Part shown: piece after piece, positions 17,363 through 20,000 of the stretch
Numbering within the stretch: the stretch's first letter is position 1
Layout of the letters: every line of letters begins with the position of its first letter
IMG/VR virus record: IMGVR_UViG_3300035698_030063
From: an uncultured virus (IMG/VR IMGVR_UViG_3300035698_030063)
Lineage: Duplodnaviria > Heunggongvirae > Uroviricota > Caudoviricetes
Direction: 5' to 3' (one strand)
DNA: 20,000 nucleotides
Translations under genes and position numbers: made by a program
The notes under the pieces: model-generated
Seen by the model: the letters and a program-made list of their open reading frames with translations, nothing else
The model's database searches: none
Told to the model about the DNA's origin: nothing

Positions 17363-17513
17363 GAATCATTTTCTTTTATTTTATTTAACATCAATTCTCT
17401 TAGGACTACACTAATTGTTTTTTGTTCTTCTTCGCAAATTTTTATAAACTGTTCGTAAAAAGATGGCTAACAACAAATTGTATTATTCTCGTGTTTTTTT
17501 CTTTATTTCTCAT
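17359..17513 (-). pseudogene. Frameshifted ribbon-helix-helix (CopG/Arc-like) DNA-binding protein
   Basis: The minus strand from ATG 17513 reads MRNKEKNTRIIQFVVS. With one base restored near 17465 it continues xSFYEQFIKICEEEQKTISVVLRELMLNKIKENDS*, giving a strand-helix-helix RHH pattern of about 51 aa. Its TAA (17361-17359) overlaps the convergent TAA of the 14204 gene in TTAA. Confidence 0.6.
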
Positions 17514-17520
17514 CTTTATC

Positions 17521-17649
17521 TTTTTTAAATACACCTTTACAGATGATGTAGAATTTAAATACTGTTGGAGTCTAACAAACCTTCAATCTCTTTGGGTAGA
17601 AGAGAATTTAGAAAAAAAAGATAAGATTATAGCTAAATACTTTAAATAA
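17521..17649 (+). pseudogene. C-terminal remnant of a phage-type HNH endonuclease
   Basis: FFKYTFTDDVEFKYCWSLTNLQSLWVEENLEKKDK resembles the C-terminal tail C-W/F-x-L/Y-x-N-L-Q-P-L-W-x-x-E/D-N-x-x-K-x-x-K of HNH endonucleases common in large DNA viruses. The upstream HIDH motif and a credible start are absent. Confidence 0.7.
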
Positions 17650-17657
17650 ATTTTTTC

Positions 17658-17685
17658 TTGCTTTTTATGGAAAAAGTGATATAAT
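17658..17685 (+). promoter_or_regulatory. sigma70-type promoter for the R-M gene
   Basis: -35 TTGCTT (17658-17663), 16-nt spacer, perfect -10 TATAAT (17680-17685) with an extended -10 TG at 17677-17678, and an AT-rich tract upstream. It lies 85 nt before ATG 17771. Confidence 0.65.
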
Positions 17686-17737
17686 AAGTTTTCCAGGCGT
17701 TGATTTTTTTAAAATGGTAGAGTGTAAAGTGAGTTTT

Positions 17738-17756
17738 AATTATAAGTATTATAATT
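17738..17756. promoter_or_regulatory. 8-3-8 inverted repeat, possible operator
   Basis: AATTATAA-GTA-TTATAATT between the promoter and the start codon. The arms are AT-only, so chance occurrence is plausible. Confidence 0.25.
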
Positions 17757-17770
17757 TTTGGAATAAAAAT

Positions 17771-20000
17771 ATGGCTATTAAGAAAATAAGAAAGAAAAGA
17801 GTGCTTTTAGCAAAACGACTAAAGAAAGCTATTGTCGAAAAAGATGTCGAGAGTGCTTATAGAAGTGCTTTTTTAAGAGAATATCCGAGTAATATCTCTT
17901 CTCCTTATAGTTGTGATGGATTATTAGAGCATAAGGATATTTCTGCGATAATGGAGTTTAAGTTTGATATGGATTTCAAAGATGCGTATCAGCAAGCAAT
18001 AGCCATTATTCAAGTCTTGTATTATCTCAAAAAGATGGAAGTCGATGGAAACCCATTACCAAAGAGTGTTATAGTTGGTGATGTTAATGAATGTTTTGTA
18101 TTCCCTACCTCCAAAATCGATGGTTATCTTAGTCGTGATATTGATTGGAATATTGCACCATCTTCTGCGGCAAAGAAAAATCCTGCTTTAGTTAAAGAAA
18201 TAGCTAAGAATAAGGATATTGAGCCTTTTATCTATGATGTTGATGTTAATTTTGATATGTTGTCGGTCATAGAGAAGATGAAAAACATTTCTCAAGACAA
18301 GCCTTTTGCTATTACTATTACAGGTAAAAATATCATAGAGATATTCAAGCGTTTTGAGAAAGACGTAGTTAAAGATAAGTATTATACTATGGAATTAGTT
18401 CTTACAGAAGATGAAGATAAAAGAATATCTGAACTTGCTGATCTGTTCTTTGCTTGTTTGACTGCACCTAAAGAAGTATATCTACATCCTAATAAAAAGA
18501 ATACAGCTATTGTTAGGAATGAAGAGGTTAAAGTTAATGCTAAGAATTTCAGGATATTCTTTTCTCAGTTTAGAAGAGAATATACCCCTCGCGAATTAGA
18601 AGCAATAACTGCCAACAAAGATAGGATATTAGAAGATACTCATCGTAGAAGAACAGGTGCTTTCTTTACTCCTGATATTTGGGTTGAAGAAGCTCATAAG
18701 ATGATCGCTGAACAGTTTGGAGAGAATTGGAAAGAAGAGTATGTTGTATGGGATTGTGCTTGTGGGACAGCTAATCTTACAAGAGGTTATAAGTTTAAAG
18801 AACTTTACATTTCTACTCTTGAACAGAGTGATATAAATACTATTAAGGATTGTGGTTATAATCCTGAAGCTGTTGCATTTCAGTATGATTTCTTGAATGA
18901 AGTAGGTATAGATAGTTGTCCTGATGGTTTGAAGAAAGCATTTAAAGATGGTAAAAAAGTGTTGTTTCTTATCAATCCTCCGTATGGGACAAGTAGTAAT
19001 ATGGGGACTCAAAAAGAGAATAAAAATGGGATATCAAAGAATGTTATAAACAATATAATGTTGAAAAATAAAATGGGATTATCCGCAAGACAGTTATATT
19101 CTCAATTTATGTATAAAATAAGTTTAATAAAAAAAGATTATTCTGATGTTGTGTTGTCTATATTTGCTCCACCTTTGTATATGACTGGAAAATCTTGTTC
19201 TAATTTTAGAAATTTCTTCTATAATAATTTTCATTTTTGTAAGGGTATGATATTTCAAGCAAGTCATTTTGCAGATGTCAAAAGTCAATGGGGAATCAGT
19301 TTTACCATATGGCAAAATGAAAAAATAGTAAGTGAAGCTATATTAGATATAAAAGATATAGATGAGAATACTTATGAGATAAAAAATACAGGTAAAAAAA
19401 AGATGTATGCTCCTAATGATAATGCTCTTAATGCTTGGATAAAAACAAATCTAAAAAAAGATAAAAAAGAGTTTCCACATTTGTCGTCTTATATGAAAAT
19501 TTCTCCGAAGACACATATAAATATGGAAAAAGATGCCATAGGGACTATTTTGAATCTAAGTAATAATATTTATCAAAATACCATTGGAGTGTCTTTGTAT
19601 ACTGGTGTTGGAACTTTTGGAACAGCATCTTGCTCTCCTTCTGTTATTCCCGAAAATTACAAGAAAGTAGTTGCTCTATTTACTGCTCGTAAAACAATCA
19701 AACCTACTTGGATAAACTGCAAAGACGAATACCTTGTTCCTAATACAGATCATCCTGACTATGAACAATGGAATAATGATTGTATAGTTTATAGTCTTTT
19801 TAATAACTCTTCACAACAAAGTAGTTTAAGAAATATAGACTATAAAGGTAAAAAGTGGGACATAGTTAATAATTTCTTTTTTATGAGTAATGAAGAAATG
19901 CAAGACTTGTCAAATACTTATAACTATCGTGAAATGTATAATGATACAAAAGCTTTTAGTGAAGATCGTTATGTTTATAATCTTTTGCAGGAAACTACTC
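17771..20000 (+). CDS. 3'-partial fused restriction endonuclease / N6-adenine DNA methyltransferase (type IIG-like), >743 aa
   Basis: Translated by hand: open from ATG 17771 to the window end, and absent from the ORF track because there is no stop. N-terminal PD-(D/E)xK pattern: EKDV...PYSCDG...IMEFK...QVLYY. Methyltransferase motifs in gamma order: motif X GAFFTP (about 18656), motif I WDCACGTANL (18749-18778), FQYDFL, motif IV NPPY (18974-18985), then a putative target-recognition region. Confidence 0.88.
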   Translation, partial: MAIKKIRKKRVLLAKRLKKAIVEKDVESAYRSAFLREYPSNISSPYSCDGLLEHKDISAIMEFKFDMDFKDAYQQAIAIIQVLYYLKKMEVDGNPLPKSVIVGDVNECFVFPTSKIDGYLSRDIDWNIAPSSAAKKNPALVKEIAKNKDIEPFIYDVDVNFDMLSVIEKMKNISQDKPFAITITGKNIIEIFKRFEKDVVKDKYYTMELVLTEDEDKRISELADLFFACLTAPKEVYLHPNKKNTAIVRNEEVKVNAKNFRIFFSQFRREYTPRELEAITANKDRILEDTHRRRTGAFFTPDIWVEEAHKMIAEQFGENWKEEYVVWDCACGTANLTRGYKFKELYISTLEQSDINTIKDCGYNPEAVAFQYDFLNEVGIDSCPDGLKKAFKDGKKVLFLINPPYGTSSNMGTQKENKNGISKNVINNIMLKNKMGLSARQLYSQFMYKISLIKKDYSDVVLSIFAPPLYMTGKSCSNFRNFFYNNFHFCKGMIFQASHFADVKSQWGISFTIWQNEKIVSEAILDIKDIDENTYEIKNTGKKKMYAPNDNALNAWIKTNLKKDKKEFPHLSSYMKISPKTHINMEKDAIGTILNLSNNIYQNTIGVSLYTGVGTFGTASCSPSVIPENYKKVVALFTARKTIKPTWINCKDEYLVPNTDHPDYEQWNNDCIVYSLFNNSSQQSSLRNIDYKGKKWDIVNNFFFMSNEEMQDLSNTYNYREMYNDTKAFSEDRYVYNLLQETT

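Larger units (their letters stand above)
1..20000 (+). mobile_element. Probable large (jumbo-type) bacteriophage genome segment: virion attachment module followed by accessory genes
   Basis: Co-directional giant genes with 8-12 nt gaps, extracellular-type folds without signal peptides or membrane anchors, an HNH remnant, a small RHH gene, and bacterial-type SD/promoter signals. No hallmark phage gene is present in the window. Confidence 0.55.

Noticed and set aside
17363..17430. Rho-independent terminator after ORF4
   Set aside because: T-rich but no GC-rich hairpin; the T-tracts are explained by Lys/Glu codons of the antisense RHH.
17422..17520. 75-aa ORF 17422-17649 as a small membrane protein
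   Set aside because: Its hydrophobic Phe/Leu-rich N-half is the antisense of the A-rich RHH sequence; only the part from about 17521 looks like real (HNH-derived) coding sequence.
18629..19315. Minus-strand ORFs 18629-19012 and 19124-19315
   Set aside because: Antisense to the R-M gene, which has clear catalytic motifs on the + strand.
1..20000. tRNA, rRNA, IS/transposase, integrase or intein
   Set aside because: No recognisable sequence or motif for any of these, and almost no non-coding space to hold an RNA gene.

Overview
AT-rich window (roughly 30% GC by eye), almost fully coding on the + strand. Four giant, tightly packed, acidic multidomain genes (1..4740 partial, 4749..7973, 7986..14195, 14204..17362) are built from adhesion/receptor-binding folds: FN3, Asp-box propellers, two FG-GAP propellers, a CBM6/35-like module, LamG, Kelch, VWA and Ig-like repeats. 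The three complete genes have no signal peptide, so the best reading is a virion structural/attachment module of a large phage (inference; no capsid, terminase or integrase gene is present). A ~400-bp debris region follows, holding a frameshifted ribbon-helix-helix gene (- strand) and the C-terminal remnant of an HNH endonuclease (+ strand). A sigma70-type promoter then precedes a fused PD-(D/E)xK nuclease / N6-adenine methyltransferase (type IIG-like R-M, 17771..>20000) that the ORF track missed. The most unusual signals are a VWA/MIDAS domain apparently split between two genes about 6.4 kb apart, a recently amplified 7-blade FG-GAP propeller with variable loops that seems inserted inside another domain, and a ~90-bp high-GC patch inside the LamG domain. 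All domain calls come from motif reading by eye, not database searches.
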